Source: an uncultured Chroococcidiopsis sp. | Lineage (GTDB): Bacteria; Cyanobacteriota; Cyanobacteriia; Cyanobacteriales; Chroococcidiopsidaceae | DNA length: 64,000 bases | Reading direction: 5' to 3' | NCBI GenBank assembly: GCA_964248365.1 | Contig: CAXTYC010000002.1 | Span: forward strand, 262,547 to 326,546 | Part shown: positions 1 to 10,057 of the stretch, piece by piece | Layout of the letters: each line of letters begins with the position of its first letter | How positions within the stretch are numbered: the stretch's first letter is position 1 | The notes under the pieces: generated by a model | What the model was told of the DNA's origin: nothing | Seen by the model: only the letters and a program-made list of their open reading frames with translations | Databases searched by the model: none | Made by a program: the position numbers and the translations under genes

Positions 1-1
1 C

Positions 2-763
2 ATAACTCCCAGCTATGACTTTTTTGTGTCCGTTGATTTCTTGATAAACTATCGGTCGATGCTGGCGAAGTACACCTTTTTGTGTATGCAGCACCAAGTT
101 TCCCTGTCGATCAATTTCTAGCCGAGAAGCTCCCGCTACCCGAAACTTAATATTTTGCGGATTTCCACCAGGGGCGACTATCCAGTCATATTCCAAACGC
201 CCTTGGTTGCCGTAATACACTAAGTCAATCCCAGGGTAAACTGCACTGTACTGCACTTTGCCATAGTGTGCAATATTTGTGTGCCATTTGGTAGCATCTT
301 TGCCCTTCAGGTAGTTGCTTTTACCTGGCAACTGCTTCAAACCTTTAACTTGTGCCGTAGGATTAGAACCGACTAGCTGCAAGCGCAGAACACTTTTTTG
401 GCTCTTGGTAGTTGGTTGTGTTACTGCTGGCTTAGTAGGAGTTTGACGCAGGGTTAACACTGCCTCGGAAGGTGTCAAAAACACACTGTAGCCATTGCCC
501 CGTGCCAGAAAATTGACTTGCTTGTCTGTCTGCCCTTGATTTGCTTCAAAACTCAACGGCAGTTTAGCGTAAGCTTGTAGCACTCTGGCTTTGGTGGCAG
601 CATCCGGCTGGTTTTGGGAGGGAGAATTGCTTGTGGAAGCATTAGAACCTACGGGGATAGTTGCACCAGGGGTTGCTAAGCTCAGCACAAGTGCTAAAGA
701 ACCCAAGACGCTGGTTTTGAGAAAAATCCCCTGTCGTTGCCCAAGAGATGTAGTTTTATGCAT
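2..763 (-). CDS. Secreted SBBP/beta-propeller-repeat-associated surface protein, N-terminal part (runs off the window start; not in the ORF track)
   Basis: Manual translation from the ATG at 763 gives MHKTTSLGQRQGIFLKTSVLGSLALVLSLATPG (signal-like), then YAKLPLSFEANQGQTDKQVNFLARGNGYSVFLTPSEAVL and VYYGNQGRLEYDWIVAPGGNP. These are typical N-terminal motifs of SBBP-repeat proteins. Confidence 0.8.
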   Translation of the reverse strand, partial: MHKTTSLGQRQGIFLKTSVLGSLALVLSLATPGATIPVGSNASTSNSPSQNQPDAATKARVLQAYAKLPLSFEANQGQTDKQVNFLARGNGYSVFLTPSEAVLTLRQTPTKPAVTQPTTKSQKSVLRLQLVGSNPTAQVKGLKQLPGKSNYLKGKDATKWHTNIAHYGKVQYSAVYPGIDLVYYGNQGRLEYDWIVAPGGNPQNIKFRVAGASRLEIDRQGNLVLHTQKGVLRQHRPIVYQEINGHKKVIAGSY

Positions 764-1011
764 CTGAGAAAACCTTTTTAAAAGACGTGCCTAGACCAAT
801 GCAAGATTAATTTCATTGCATTGGATAGTACTCTCTCAACTCTTACGTGAAGACAAATGGTAGATAAGTTAGATGCTGCAACGAATTTGAGTACTACACA
901 AGCAAAAACATACGGCTGATGGAATGGGTGGGGCAACCGTGAAATTACCTAAGTTAAATAGGGTAGCTCAGCATAATATCAGTGAAATTACTCAAGTAGC
1001 AGCAACAATCA

Positions 1012-1183
1012 CCTGTCACTTAAGTGACAGGCTGATAGCCCTCACCCGTTGAAACTCGTTTGAAGCTTGCAAGGCGAGTCTACTTTAGTAGACTTCTACT
1101 GTCGGTTCCTTGGAATTAATTCCCCTGCGGGCTATTGCGCGCGCTTGAGCCTGGGGTTTAAACCCCAGGCTGCAAGATCTCAG
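1012..1183. repeat. Multi-hairpin REP/MITE-like element
   Basis: Perfect 20-bp palindrome CCTGTCACTTAAGTGACAGG (1012-1031), hairpin AGTCTACTTTAGTAGACT, palindrome GCCTGGGGTTTAAACCCCAGGC, and terminal TGCAAGATCTCAG. Shares modules with the element at 53626-53805. Confidence 0.7.
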
Positions 1184-1386
1184 GTTATAGAGATGGATTC
1201 GTAGCGCGTCTTTACAAATCTTGAGATTCCCAGCTGTGTATAACCAGAACAGGTAGAACTTTAAGAAATCTCCAATATTTTTTACAAAAAAATACAAAAT
1301 TAAATAAAAAAAAGATAATAACTCTTTTGTGTAACTTTTTCATGTTATAGTCCTCAAACTTCAAATAGTATGATTGAGTTACTTAA

Positions 1387-1418
1387 TTGGTAGTTGGTAG
1401 TTGGTAACTGGTAACTGT
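1387..1418. repeat. STRR heptamer tract (TGGTAGT/TGGTAAC)
   Basis: Tandem 7-mers. The same family recurs at ~13867, ~22203, ~28262 and ~53588. Confidence 0.8.
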
Positions 1419-1528
1419 AATGCTCTTAGCATCACTTGTACTTAATTTAAGTTTTTTAAAGAATATTTGACTTTAAATTCAATATTTGCAAATCATTTGT
1501 TCACATAAACAATCAGGGATTGAGCTAT

Positions 1529-3349
1529 ATGACAGTAGCACAACGGGAAGATTTACAAGCTTTAAAAGAACGTTTACAACAGCGCTTAGGATTAGATATA
1601 CCTTGGGGTGATACGCTCAAGATTGGATGTGCAATAAGCGATGGTACTCTAGTGGTTTTGACTCAGCATCCACCTGGATTAAGTTTTGACCCAGAAGCCA
1701 CTTTTAATACTTTAAAAAAAGCGCTACAGTCATTAAGACCCCAAGTTACTCAGCAAGTGAAACTTTACCTGAGAGTAGCAGGGGAAAAGCAGGCTTATGC
1801 TAAATATGACTTCATGTTGCAGCCTGTGCAAACCGCAGCAGCTACAAATGCCTTTATAAGTAGCAATGAATTAGATAATTTGAGGGAGGAAGCTGCAAAC
1901 ATAACAGAAGCTGTGCAGTGGGGTCAAATGCGCGAACAAACGGTAGATAGAGATGCACTATGGGGCGTTACTACAGATTCAACAGACGGGGGCAAATCAT
2001 CTAGAGATATTGGACAGCAAGGGGCGAAAACTGGGAGGTTTTCTCGTTTTTGGCGATCGCTTTTATCCGATATTCCTACACCCTTATTAGTAGTAGGTGG
2101 AGGGGTAGCATTTGCTACTCTATTTAGCAGTATTTATATGCTAAGTCGCCCTTGTGTAATTGGGAAATGTCAAGCGCTACAAACTGCCCAACAATTAAAT
2201 AAGGTAGCCAATTACCTGACCAAACACGCAAATTCGCAGTCAGATTTGTTGGCAGTACAACAGCAGCTAGTGCAAGCAAACAACTTGTTAAAAGAAGTTC
2301 CTCACTGGTCTTTTCACTATCAGGAAGCAAACGAGCTATCGCAAAATTTGTATAGCCAATCAACAATGCTCAACCAAATGAGTATTGCCTTAGAGCAAGC
2401 TTTAGCAGCAACGCAAAAAGGTCAAAACCCGCCTCACACTATTGAGCAATGGCGAACAATTCAGACACTATGGCAACAGGCGATCGCAACAGGAGCTAGT
2501 ATTACGCCCAATAGTGCCTTATTCCCCCTAGCACAGCAAAAATTATCTCAATATCAAGCCAGTTTACAAGTTGTAAATCAGTACTTGAATCAGGAGCAAC
2601 AAGCTAGCAAAAAACTACTACGGGCAAAAAATACAGCAATGCTTGCACACACACGTGCAGATACTGCTGTATCTTTACAGACTTGGCAAAAAGTTAAAGC
2701 CACCTGGCAAACAGCTATCAATAGCCTGGCTACTATTCCCAATAATACCACAGCCTACCGAGAAGCACAACAACTGCAAGCAAAGTACCGCAATGAACTA
2801 GCAGCAGCAAGCGATCGCGCCGCCAAAGAGCAAATCGGCGCAAAAGCATACTCTAACGCAATTAGCAAGGCTAATCTAGCCCAACATGATGAACAACAAA
2901 ATCAAATTTCCCAGGCTGTAACAAACTGGAATCAAGCTTTGGAATCGGCTAAACAAGTTCCTAGTGGTACACAATACTACAGACAAGTTCAACCACTCAT
3001 AGCCTCTTACAGGAGGGCGATCTCGCAAGCTGGGGCAAAACTGAAAGTCGCTAATGTATTGCAACTCACTCGTACTGATCTGGGTCGCACTTGCCTTGGC
3101 AACATTCAGGTTTGCAAGTATACAGCAAATAGTCAACTTATTCTTGTACAGCTAACTTCAGGTTACGAGAAGGCTGAAGAGCGCAACTATGTCAATGCCA
3201 AGTTTCAGCGCGACTCCAAAGGGGCGGGTGTCGTCATCCACTACCCTATCTTAAAGCAAGCATTGGAAGCAATTAGCGATAATGCTAATATCCCGCTGCA
3301 AGTATACGACTCAAACGGCTCTCCTTTGCACAGTTATAAGCCGAAGTGA
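1529..3349 (+). CDS. Conserved hypothetical membrane-anchored protein with alpha-helical Gln/Ala-rich repeats
   Basis: ORF of ~606 aa from the ATG at 1529 (track starts at TTG 1520). One TM segment (PLLVVGGGVAFATLFSSIYML) is followed by RPCVIGKC and repeated W..AI..L..IP motifs seen in cyanobacterial proteins. Confidence 0.75.
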   Translation: MTVAQREDLQALKERLQQRLGLDIPWGDTLKIGCAISDGTLVVLTQHPPGLSFDPEATFNTLKKALQSLRPQVTQQVKLYLRVAGEKQAYAKYDFMLQPVQTAAATNAFISSNELDNLREEAANITEAVQWGQMREQTVDRDALWGVTTDSTDGGKSSRDIGQQGAKTGRFSRFWRSLLSDIPTPLLVVGGGVAFATLFSSIYMLSRPCVIGKCQALQTAQQLNKVANYLTKHANSQSDLLAVQQQLVQANNLLKEVPHWSFHYQEANELSQNLYSQSTMLNQMSIALEQALAATQKGQNPPHTIEQWRTIQTLWQQAIATGASITPNSALFPLAQQKLSQYQASLQVVNQYLNQEQQASKKLLRAKNTAMLAHTRADTAVSLQTWQKVKATWQTAINSLATIPNNTTAYREAQQLQAKYRNELAAASDRAAKEQIGAKAYSNAISKANLAQHDEQQNQISQAVTNWNQALESAKQVPSGTQYYRQVQPLIASYRRAISQAGAKLKVANVLQLTRTDLGRTCLGNIQVCKYTANSQLILVQLTSGYEKAEERNYVNAKFQRDSKGAGVVIHYPILKQALEAISDNANIPLQVYDSNGSPLHSYKPK

Positions 3350-3375
3350 GGAGTGAGGGAAGTGTGAGTTGAAGT

Positions 3376-4317
3376 TTATACGCCGACTTGCAGCACAATT
3401 TTGCCGCGTGTATGACCGCTCTGGCTAATCTCGTGCGCTCGACGTGCTTCTGCCAGTGGCAGAACCGTTTCAACAATCGGCTTAACCTGCCCAGCGTCGA
3501 TTAACTTAGCAATCTCCCTCAGATCGTCAGCGTTAGGTTTGACCGAGAAAAAGATGCCCCGCACACCATATGTCGCAGCGGTTTGTGCAGATGGGCGACT
3601 ATCAGGAATTACACCAACAAGCACTCCTCCCTTTTTGAGGGTTTGCCAGGATCGCTCTTGCGTTTCGCCACCGATCAAATCTAAAACAACATCAACCTCT
3701 CGCACTGTATCCTCGAATCGGCTCTTTGTGTAATCAATTACTTCATCTGCTCCTAACTGGCGCACGAAGTCTTGATTTTTGCTAGATGCAGTTCCGATTA
3801 CGTGCGCTCCTTTGGCTTTGGCAAACTGTACGGCGATGCCGACACCGCCTGACCCTGCATGGATAAGTACGCTCTGCCCTGCACACAGCCCTGGTGTGTC
3901 GAATAACGACTGCCACGCAGTCAAAGCAGGCAAGGGTACAGAAGCGGCTTGAACATAGTCTAGTAAGTTGGGCTTTGCTGCGGTTTCACAAGGGCGAACA
4001 ACTGCATATTCAGCGTATCCACCACATGGGACACCTGGCATAGCATACACAGACGAGCCAATGTTAAAGCCTTTGATGTTGGAACCCTTCGCCTCCACCA
4101 CGCCGGAGATGTCCCAACCTAGAATTGCAGGCAGGTTAAGTGGTATTATCTCTTGCCGCAAGCCTTCGCGCGTTTGCCAGTCTACAGGATTAATGGCGGC
4201 AGCATGGACACGTACCAAAATTTCCTCTGCAGTAGGACTGGGCTTGGGGACATCTTCATAAACCAGAACCTCTGGAGCGCCATAGGAATGAATGCGTACT
4301 GCCTTCATTGTTTCCAT
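3376..4317 (-). CDS. NADP-dependent quinone oxidoreductase (MDR/zeta-crystallin family)
   Basis: MKAVRIHSYGAPEVL, AINPVDW, LGWDISGVV, VLIHAGSGGVG and GHTRGKIVL motifs. Confidence 0.9.
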   Translation of the reverse strand: METMKAVRIHSYGAPEVLVYEDVPKPSPTAEEILVRVHAAAINPVDWQTREGLRQEIIPLNLPAILGWDISGVVEAKGSNIKGFNIGSSVYAMPGVPCGGYAEYAVVRPCETAAKPNLLDYVQAASVPLPALTAWQSLFDTPGLCAGQSVLIHAGSGGVGIAVQFAKAKGAHVIGTASSKNQDFVRQLGADEVIDYTKSRFEDTVREVDVVLDLIGGETQERSWQTLKKGGVLVGVIPDSRPSAQTAATYGVRGIFFSVKPNADDLREIAKLIDAGQVKPIVETVLPLAEARRAHEISQSGHTRGKIVLQVGV

Positions 4318-4453
4318 TATGTTTTTCCTTAAAACTTTTCTGGGTAATAAATTGTCCCGCGATCGCCGCTACACTTGTTAATATTTCAAGGTTTCCAGGT
4401 CAGACCATAGGAAAATAATTCGTAATTGTACTCATTAATTACAAATTTACGAA

Positions 4454-6097
4454 TTATCTCAAACGCCCAGAACGGAGAATACTAAAAATTAACCACAGCC
4501 CTAACAGACTAGCAGTAGCAAACAGCACACTACTGAGCCAAGATAGCTCAGTTGTCTGTGCTTTGGTGGAAATAATCGCCGCACCCATAATGAGCGAACC
4601 TACCAAGATGCTAAATGAAAGGCGATTAGCCGAATCATCTAAAGTGCGACGCATACCATCTAAACCTCGTAGAGATACATTCCACTGCAAGGTTTCAGAA
4701 GTAACTCGGTCTAATAACAGTTCGATTTGTCTGGGAGATTGTAATGAGAGACTTTTAACATCCAGTGCTGTCCTTAAGAGAGATTGTAGCGGGCGATCGC
4801 CTAATAACTGTCGCCGAAACAAATCTGTTAGCAAAGGCTTAACTTCATCGAGAAAATTAATTTCTGGGTTAAATTGTCTGGCTACTCCCTCTAAGTTAGC
4901 CAAAGTTTTAGCATACAAACCCATGTTTGCAGGTAGCCGGATTTTGTTGTTCCGAGCTACTTGCAGCACTTCATAAATTATCCGACTGAAATTAATTTGC
5001 GACAGATTCAAGTTGTAATATTTGCGTAGTAGGCGCTCGTAGTCACTCTCTAAACGAGACAAATTCACTGGACCGGAAGAATCTGACAATTGCAGCGTTA
5101 GCTGACTACACCGTTGAGCATCTATATCTACGATCGCCAACAGCATCTCTGTCAAAATCTGCTGGGTACGAGGGTCTAGCCTTCCCACCATACCACAGTC
5201 TAACAGTGCCACCCGCCCATCTCTGAGATAAAAGATATTGCCAGGGTGGGGGTCAGCGTGAAAGAATCCATCAATATAAAGCTGCTGAAAGAAAGCACGA
5301 AATAGTAGGCTAGTAATTTCTCGTCGCTTTATTTCTGGATCTTTACCATTGCTTTCGCTCAGATTGGCATATAACAGAGGCACTCCGTCTAGCCACTCCA
5401 TCACCAGCAACTTTTCTGTAGTCAAGTCCCAATTAATTTCAGGTACTACCAGTTGCGTAGGGTCAAACCAGCGACTTTTGGATAAATTGCGCCTTAGCTG
5501 ATCTGCAAAACCAGCTTCTCTGGTAAAATCTAGCTCAGCTTCTAACGCCTTGCAAAATTCATCCGCTATGGATTTAATTTCGTAATTTTGTCCAAACTCA
5601 GTTCGAGCAACTAAATCTGCTATACCTTGAATTAAGGAGATATCCTGGGCGACAGTAGCATCAATGCCTGGGCGTTGAACTTTAACGGCGACTTCCCGAC
5701 CATCTGCTAGTGTAGCTCGATGGGTTTGGGCGATCGAACCTGCTGCAACTGGCTGAAAATTGATTTTGCTAAAAGTTTGTTCTAAAGGACTTTCTAGCTG
5801 TTGCCGGATCACCACTTCAATTTCTGACCAAGCAACTGGTGGTACGTCATCTTGGAGAGTGGACAGTTCCTCGATGTATTCTGCTGATAAAAGATCGGGG
5901 CGGGTAGAGAGCAGTTGACCTAGTTTAACATAAACTGGTCCTAAACCCACCAAAATATTCCGCAAAACAGCTGGAGTAGGTAACTGGGGTTCATCAGCTT
6001 TACCTCCAGTTAATAGCCGTCGCATATAGTCCCAGCCATTGCGGAGGACAACTTCGATAATTTCTCTTTGACGAGAAGCAGTTTGAGTTAAAAACAC
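4454..6097 (-). CDS. AarF/ABC1/UbiB family kinase
   Basis: LGPVYVKLGQLLSTRPDLL, VAVKVQRPG, FFHADPHPGN and LLDCGMVG motifs, plus two C-terminal TM helices. The probable start is GTG 6097; the upstream extension in the track is translated STRR repeat. Confidence 0.9.
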   Translation of the reverse strand: MFLTQTASRQREIIEVVLRNGWDYMRRLLTGGKADEPQLPTPAVLRNILVGLGPVYVKLGQLLSTRPDLLSAEYIEELSTLQDDVPPVAWSEIEVVIRQQLESPLEQTFSKINFQPVAAGSIAQTHRATLADGREVAVKVQRPGIDATVAQDISLIQGIADLVARTEFGQNYEIKSIADEFCKALEAELDFTREAGFADQLRRNLSKSRWFDPTQLVVPEINWDLTTEKLLVMEWLDGVPLLYANLSESNGKDPEIKRREITSLLFRAFFQQLYIDGFFHADPHPGNIFYLRDGRVALLDCGMVGRLDPRTQQILTEMLLAIVDIDAQRCSQLTLQLSDSSGPVNLSRLESDYERLLRKYYNLNLSQINFSRIIYEVLQVARNNKIRLPANMGLYAKTLANLEGVARQFNPEINFLDEVKPLLTDLFRRQLLGDRPLQSLLRTALDVKSLSLQSPRQIELLLDRVTSETLQWNVSLRGLDGMRRTLDDSANRLSFSILVGSLIMGAAIISTKAQTTELSWLSSVLFATASLLGLWLIFSILRSGRLR

Positions 6098-6517
6098 AGT
6101 GGAAAAGGGGTGAGGGGTGAGGGGGAGAGTGGGAGAGTGGGAAAGTGGGTGAGGGGCAAAAGGGGAGAGGGGGAAAATCATCAATTTCGAATTTCGAATT
6201 TCGAATTTCCCTTTACCCTTTACCCTTTATTTTTTGCACTGATAACTTCACTACCGAGGATATAACTCTATGCCAACATATATTTAACGTATTCTGAGCA
6301 AGATTTGCCACCATACAGTATTTGCTCAAGGCAATTCCCGTTTTTGGGGGGACAAACATATATTGGATCAACTGTAATCTAATTGATTGTTACAATTACT
6401 GCTTGCTCCCACCTGCACGAGTTTACATAACTGTCAAATTCTCGGCATCGACAGTTATTTTTTATCCTAAATCACAACCGATTTCTTCTGTCTAGAGTTT
6501 GACAAAGCTAAGAGAGA

Positions 6518-6631
6518 GGCGCTATAGCTAGGGAAAGGGTGACTGGAGTGACTGGAGTGACTGGAGTGAGTGGAGTGAAAGGGTGAAATTCTCCCACTCT
6601 CCCCCTCTCCCCAGCCCCTAGCTATAGCGCC
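6518..6631. repeat. 16-bp perfect inverted repeat enclosing STRR tracts; possible terminator downstream of manC
   Basis: GGCGCTATAGCTAGGG (6518-6533) and CCCTAGCTATAGCGCC (6616-6631) flank (GACTGGAGT)n. Confidence 0.6.
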
Positions 6632-6641
6632 CCTAGCTCCT

Positions 6642-7706
6642 TCACAGAAGGTGGGTGAATTTGGGATTGGATTGCAACAGTTTGAGTACTTGCTTGATCT
6701 CTTGGGTGCGATCTTTTTTGACTATGAGGGTGACGTTGCGATCGCGTACAATTACTACATCTTCTAAACCAATTGTCACTACCACATCCTCATCACCATT
6801 AGCATAAATTAGCGCTCCTTGGGTATCTAACCCCACATGATTACCAATCTCGACATTAGGAGTATCGCTTTTGAGCAACCGCTCGATCGCATTCCAATCT
6901 CCTAAATCATCCCAGCCAAAGTCGGCAGGCAATACGTAGGCTAGTTTAGTCTTTTCCATCAAGGCATAATCAATACTGATCTTAGGTAGTTGCGAGTAGG
7001 CTGCTGTACCTTGTTTTTCTAACAGTGTAAGGATTTCGGGTGCATGGGTACGCAGTTCCTCTAGCACAACTCCCGCCCGAAAAATGAACATCCCACTATT
7101 CCAGCTAAATCTACCTGTAGATAGAAATTCTTCTGCTGTTTCTCGATTGGGTTTTTCAGTAAAGCGGTTAACGCGGTAAACTGGCAAATTACCAAAAGTC
7201 CCCGAAGATTCACCTTGCTCAATGTAGCCGTAGCCCGTAGATGGGTAGCTTGGTTTTACTCCCAAAGTGGCGATCGCGTCCTTAGTTGCAGCTAATTCGG
7301 TAGCAGCCCGCAGCGTTTCGACAAATCGCGCTTGATCTCCAATCCAAGGATCGGCTGGAAAAAAGCCGACTACCGCGTCTTCTCCATAGCGCTTAGCAAT
7401 TTCTAGAGTAGTCCAAGCTACTGCTGGGGCTGTATCTCGTCCTTCTGGTTCTGCCAACAAGTTGTTTACTGGTAATGATGGTAGCTGTTTTTGTACTCCT
7501 TCGGCTAACAAACTAGATGTTACTACCCAGAGATTTTCCCAATCTCCTGCTAGTGGTAATAAGCGTAAGGCTGTTGCTTGTAGCAAGCTTTTACCACTAC
7601 CATCCAAACTTAAAAACTGCTTAGGGTGGTGTTTGCGACTAAGGGGCCAAAAGCGTTCGCCTTTACCACCAGCCAGAATTACAGGAATTAGAGTATTCAT
7701 AGTCAA
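6642..7706 (-). CDS. manC: Mannose-1-phosphate guanylyltransferase
   Basis: PVILAGGKGERFWPLSR..PKQFL, EPEGRDTAPA, TGYGYIE, FTEKP, WNSGMF, SIDYALMEK and WDDLGDW motifs. Confidence 0.92.
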   Translation of the reverse strand: MTMNTLIPVILAGGKGERFWPLSRKHHPKQFLSLDGSGKSLLQATALRLLPLAGDWENLWVVTSSLLAEGVQKQLPSLPVNNLLAEPEGRDTAPAVAWTTLEIAKRYGEDAVVGFFPADPWIGDQARFVETLRAATELAATKDAIATLGVKPSYPSTGYGYIEQGESSGTFGNLPVYRVNRFTEKPNRETAEEFLSTGRFSWNSGMFIFRAGVVLEELRTHAPEILTLLEKQGTAAYSQLPKISIDYALMEKTKLAYVLPADFGWDDLGDWNAIERLLKSDTPNVEIGNHVGLDTQGALIYANGDEDVVVTIGLEDVVIVRDRNVTLIVKKDRTQEIKQVLKLLQSNPKFTHLL

Positions 7707-7816
7707 TTACACTCAAGTTGCTAAATCTGATGAACGAGTTTAGTTTGCCTTAGCTAATGGCAATAACAAAAGCTTAGTTTAATATTTCTGTAGGATTTGG
7801 CAGATGGGGAATAACT

Positions 7817-9250
7817 GTGACTAAGGTAATAGGACGGGTTGAGAAGCGTTTGAGGCGACAACTGGGTCAGGTAGAGATTAAGGGAAGTCCGGCAGAGGTA
7901 AAACGGACTTTGTTGTTTATCCGGCGGTGGTTATGGTTCCACATGACCAAGAACCGACTACTGTTTTGGATCGGTGTGACTAATTTATCTTTGCTATTGG
8001 GGGCATCGGTAGCGCTGCTAACTCCAATTTTTTGGGGCGATCGCAGCAATATAGGACAATTATCTGCAAATAACTCTGTGCTGCCCAGCAATACTTTCTT
8101 AAGCAACGGCTTGCCTTATCACATATCCCGTCCAGTAAATATTTTGGTCATGGGTATTGAACCCCATCCTAGTGTGTGGAATACCTCGAAAGCCGCCTTT
8201 GCTGGTACTAGTGATACGATGCTGTTAGTGCGGCTAGATCCAGATCGCAAATTAATTCGGGTACTTTCCATCCCCAAAGATAGCCAAGTTACTCTACCCA
8301 ATGGGTTAGGTAAGATTTCTCAGGCAAACGCGCTTGGGGGTCCAACAGGGGCGGCGCGAGTAGTCAGTCGGACTTTGAATAATGTTCCTATTGATCGCTA
8401 TGTCAGCATTACCACCCAGGCTTTGCAGGAATTGGTAGATCAACTTGGAGGTGTGGAAATCTTTGTACCTCAAGCCATGTCTTATCAGGATGCAACGCAA
8501 AAGTTGCAGATCGATTTAGATCAGGGGTGGCAGACTTTGAATGGGGAACAGGCAGAACAATTTGCGCGTTTCCGTGCCTCGTCTAAATCTGGCGATCTTG
8601 ATCGAGTACAGCGACAGCAACTGTTACTCAAAGCATTGCGCGATCGCCTCACTAGTCCAGCTGTATTGCCACGTTTACCTCAAATCATCCGAATTTTGCA
8701 AACCCTTGTTGATACTAATCTCAGTCCAGAAGAAATGCTAGCGATCGGCAGTTTTACCGTTGCACTCAAACCAGAGAATTTGCAAATGCTGCTGTTACCT
8801 GGCGATCTTAGTCCTTTTTCGCAAGATCCTAATAGCTATTGGCTTTATACACCAGGGCAAGATCAGATCATGAGCAAGTATTTCGGGACGTTTACAATTG
8901 GATCAGCCCAAAAACCAAAAGCACTTACAAGTTTAAAAATTGCCGTCCAAAACGCCTCTGGTAAACCTAAATTCAGTCAACAAGTTGCTAGCTACCTCAA
9001 ATCCAAAGGCTTTGAGAATGTATATATTGTCTCTGATTGGTCAGACGAGCAGCGACAAACGCAGATTATTGCCCAAAAAGGCAACGTGGACGCAGCCACC
9101 AACCTCCAAAAAGTTTTAGGAGGAGGCAACATTGAAGCTGATGCCACTGGTGATTTGAATTCTAGCCTAACAATCCGTGTAGGTAAAGACTGGAATAGTA
9201 ATACTCAACCATTTCAAAGTAGTAATGATAACTCTTACGGTCGGAAATAG
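7817..9250 (+). CDS. LytR-CpsA-Psr (LCP) family protein with LytR C-terminal domain
   Basis: N-terminal TM, then NILVMG, SDTMLL, LSIPKDS, GDLDRVQRQQ and C-terminal IAVQNASG...LTIRVGKDW. Confidence 0.9.
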   Translation: MTKVIGRVEKRLRRQLGQVEIKGSPAEVKRTLLFIRRWLWFHMTKNRLLFWIGVTNLSLLLGASVALLTPIFWGDRSNIGQLSANNSVLPSNTFLSNGLPYHISRPVNILVMGIEPHPSVWNTSKAAFAGTSDTMLLVRLDPDRKLIRVLSIPKDSQVTLPNGLGKISQANALGGPTGAARVVSRTLNNVPIDRYVSITTQALQELVDQLGGVEIFVPQAMSYQDATQKLQIDLDQGWQTLNGEQAEQFARFRASSKSGDLDRVQRQQLLLKALRDRLTSPAVLPRLPQIIRILQTLVDTNLSPEEMLAIGSFTVALKPENLQMLLLPGDLSPFSQDPNSYWLYTPGQDQIMSKYFGTFTIGSAQKPKALTSLKIAVQNASGKPKFSQQVASYLKSKGFENVYIVSDWSDEQRQTQIIAQKGNVDAATNLQKVLGGGNIEADATGDLNSSLTIRVGKDWNSNTQPFQSSNDNSYGRK

Positions 9251-9275
9251 GGAGAAGGTAGTAAAAGATAGCCAA

Positions 9276-9307
9276 TTGTAGAGACGCGATATATCGCGTC
9301 TCTACAA
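9276..9307. repeat. Perfect 32-bp REP-like palindrome
   Basis: TTGTAGAGACGCGATATATCGCGTCTCTACAA. A degenerate copy lies at ~55984-56009. Confidence 0.85.
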
Positions 9308-9392
9308 CTTTCAAGCTGCCCTTCTTCAAATGGCTATTACTGGGGTGTAGGCTAAATAAAAATCTTCTGTCAAATCAAAGGAGGTTGGACTG

Positions 9393-10025
9393 ATGTCTCT
9401 GGCTATGCAAAAGGCGGATCGAGTTGTGCTACAAAACATCAGTTGGCAACAGTTTGAAAACCTACTCAAAGACTTGGGAGATCATCGAGCCGCCCGTTTA
9501 GCTTATGACGGGGGTACGCTGGAAATTATGACACCTCTACCTGAACATGAGTATTACAAAGAAGTTATTGGCATTGCTGTTCAAGATATCGCCGAGGAGT
9601 TAGAGCTAGACTACGAGAGTTTAGGTTCAACCACCTGGAAACGAGAAAGCCGACTAGCAGGGGTAGAACCGGATAACTGCTTTTATTTCCAGAATGAGGC
9701 ATTGATTCGGGGAAAATTGGAATTTGACCTGACTCAAGATCCACCCCCTGATTTAGTAGTGGAAATTGACCTTACCAGTAAGTCTCTCAATCGTTTTCCC
9801 ATCTATGCCCGTCTAGGAGTGCCTGAAATTTGGTGTTATGATACGGGCGAACTGAAGATTTACCAGCTACAGAATGGAGATTATGGGGAAACACAAATCA
9901 GTTTGGTGTTTCCTAATTTGGCAGTAAAAGAAATTCCTAGACTAATTGAGCAAAATCGCTCTGCGGGTAGACGTGCTATTCGCAAAGCAGTTAGAGCTTG
10001 GGTTAAGGAACAGTATAAGTCGTGA
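9393..10025 (+). CDS. Uma2 family (DUF820) PD-(D/E)XK endonuclease-like protein
   Basis: ISWQQFE, RLAYDGGTLEIMTP..EHE, EPDNCFY, PPPDLVVEID and YARLGVPEIW motifs. Confidence 0.9.
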   Translation: MSLAMQKADRVVLQNISWQQFENLLKDLGDHRAARLAYDGGTLEIMTPLPEHEYYKEVIGIAVQDIAEELELDYESLGSTTWKRESRLAGVEPDNCFYFQNEALIRGKLEFDLTQDPPPDLVVEIDLTSKSLNRFPIYARLGVPEIWCYDTGELKIYQLQNGDYGETQISLVFPNLAVKEIPRLIEQNRSAGRRAIRKAVRAWVKEQYKS

Positions 10026-10057
10026 GGAGCGATCGCCACTACTATTGTGATTACTCC

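Noticed and set aside
1085..1297. 70-aa ORF in the track
   Set aside because: It runs through the palindromic repeat element and has no protein-like features.
6098..6184. Pro/His-rich N-terminal extension of the ABC1 kinase
   Set aside because: It is the translation of intergenic STRR repeats; the likely start is GTG 6097.
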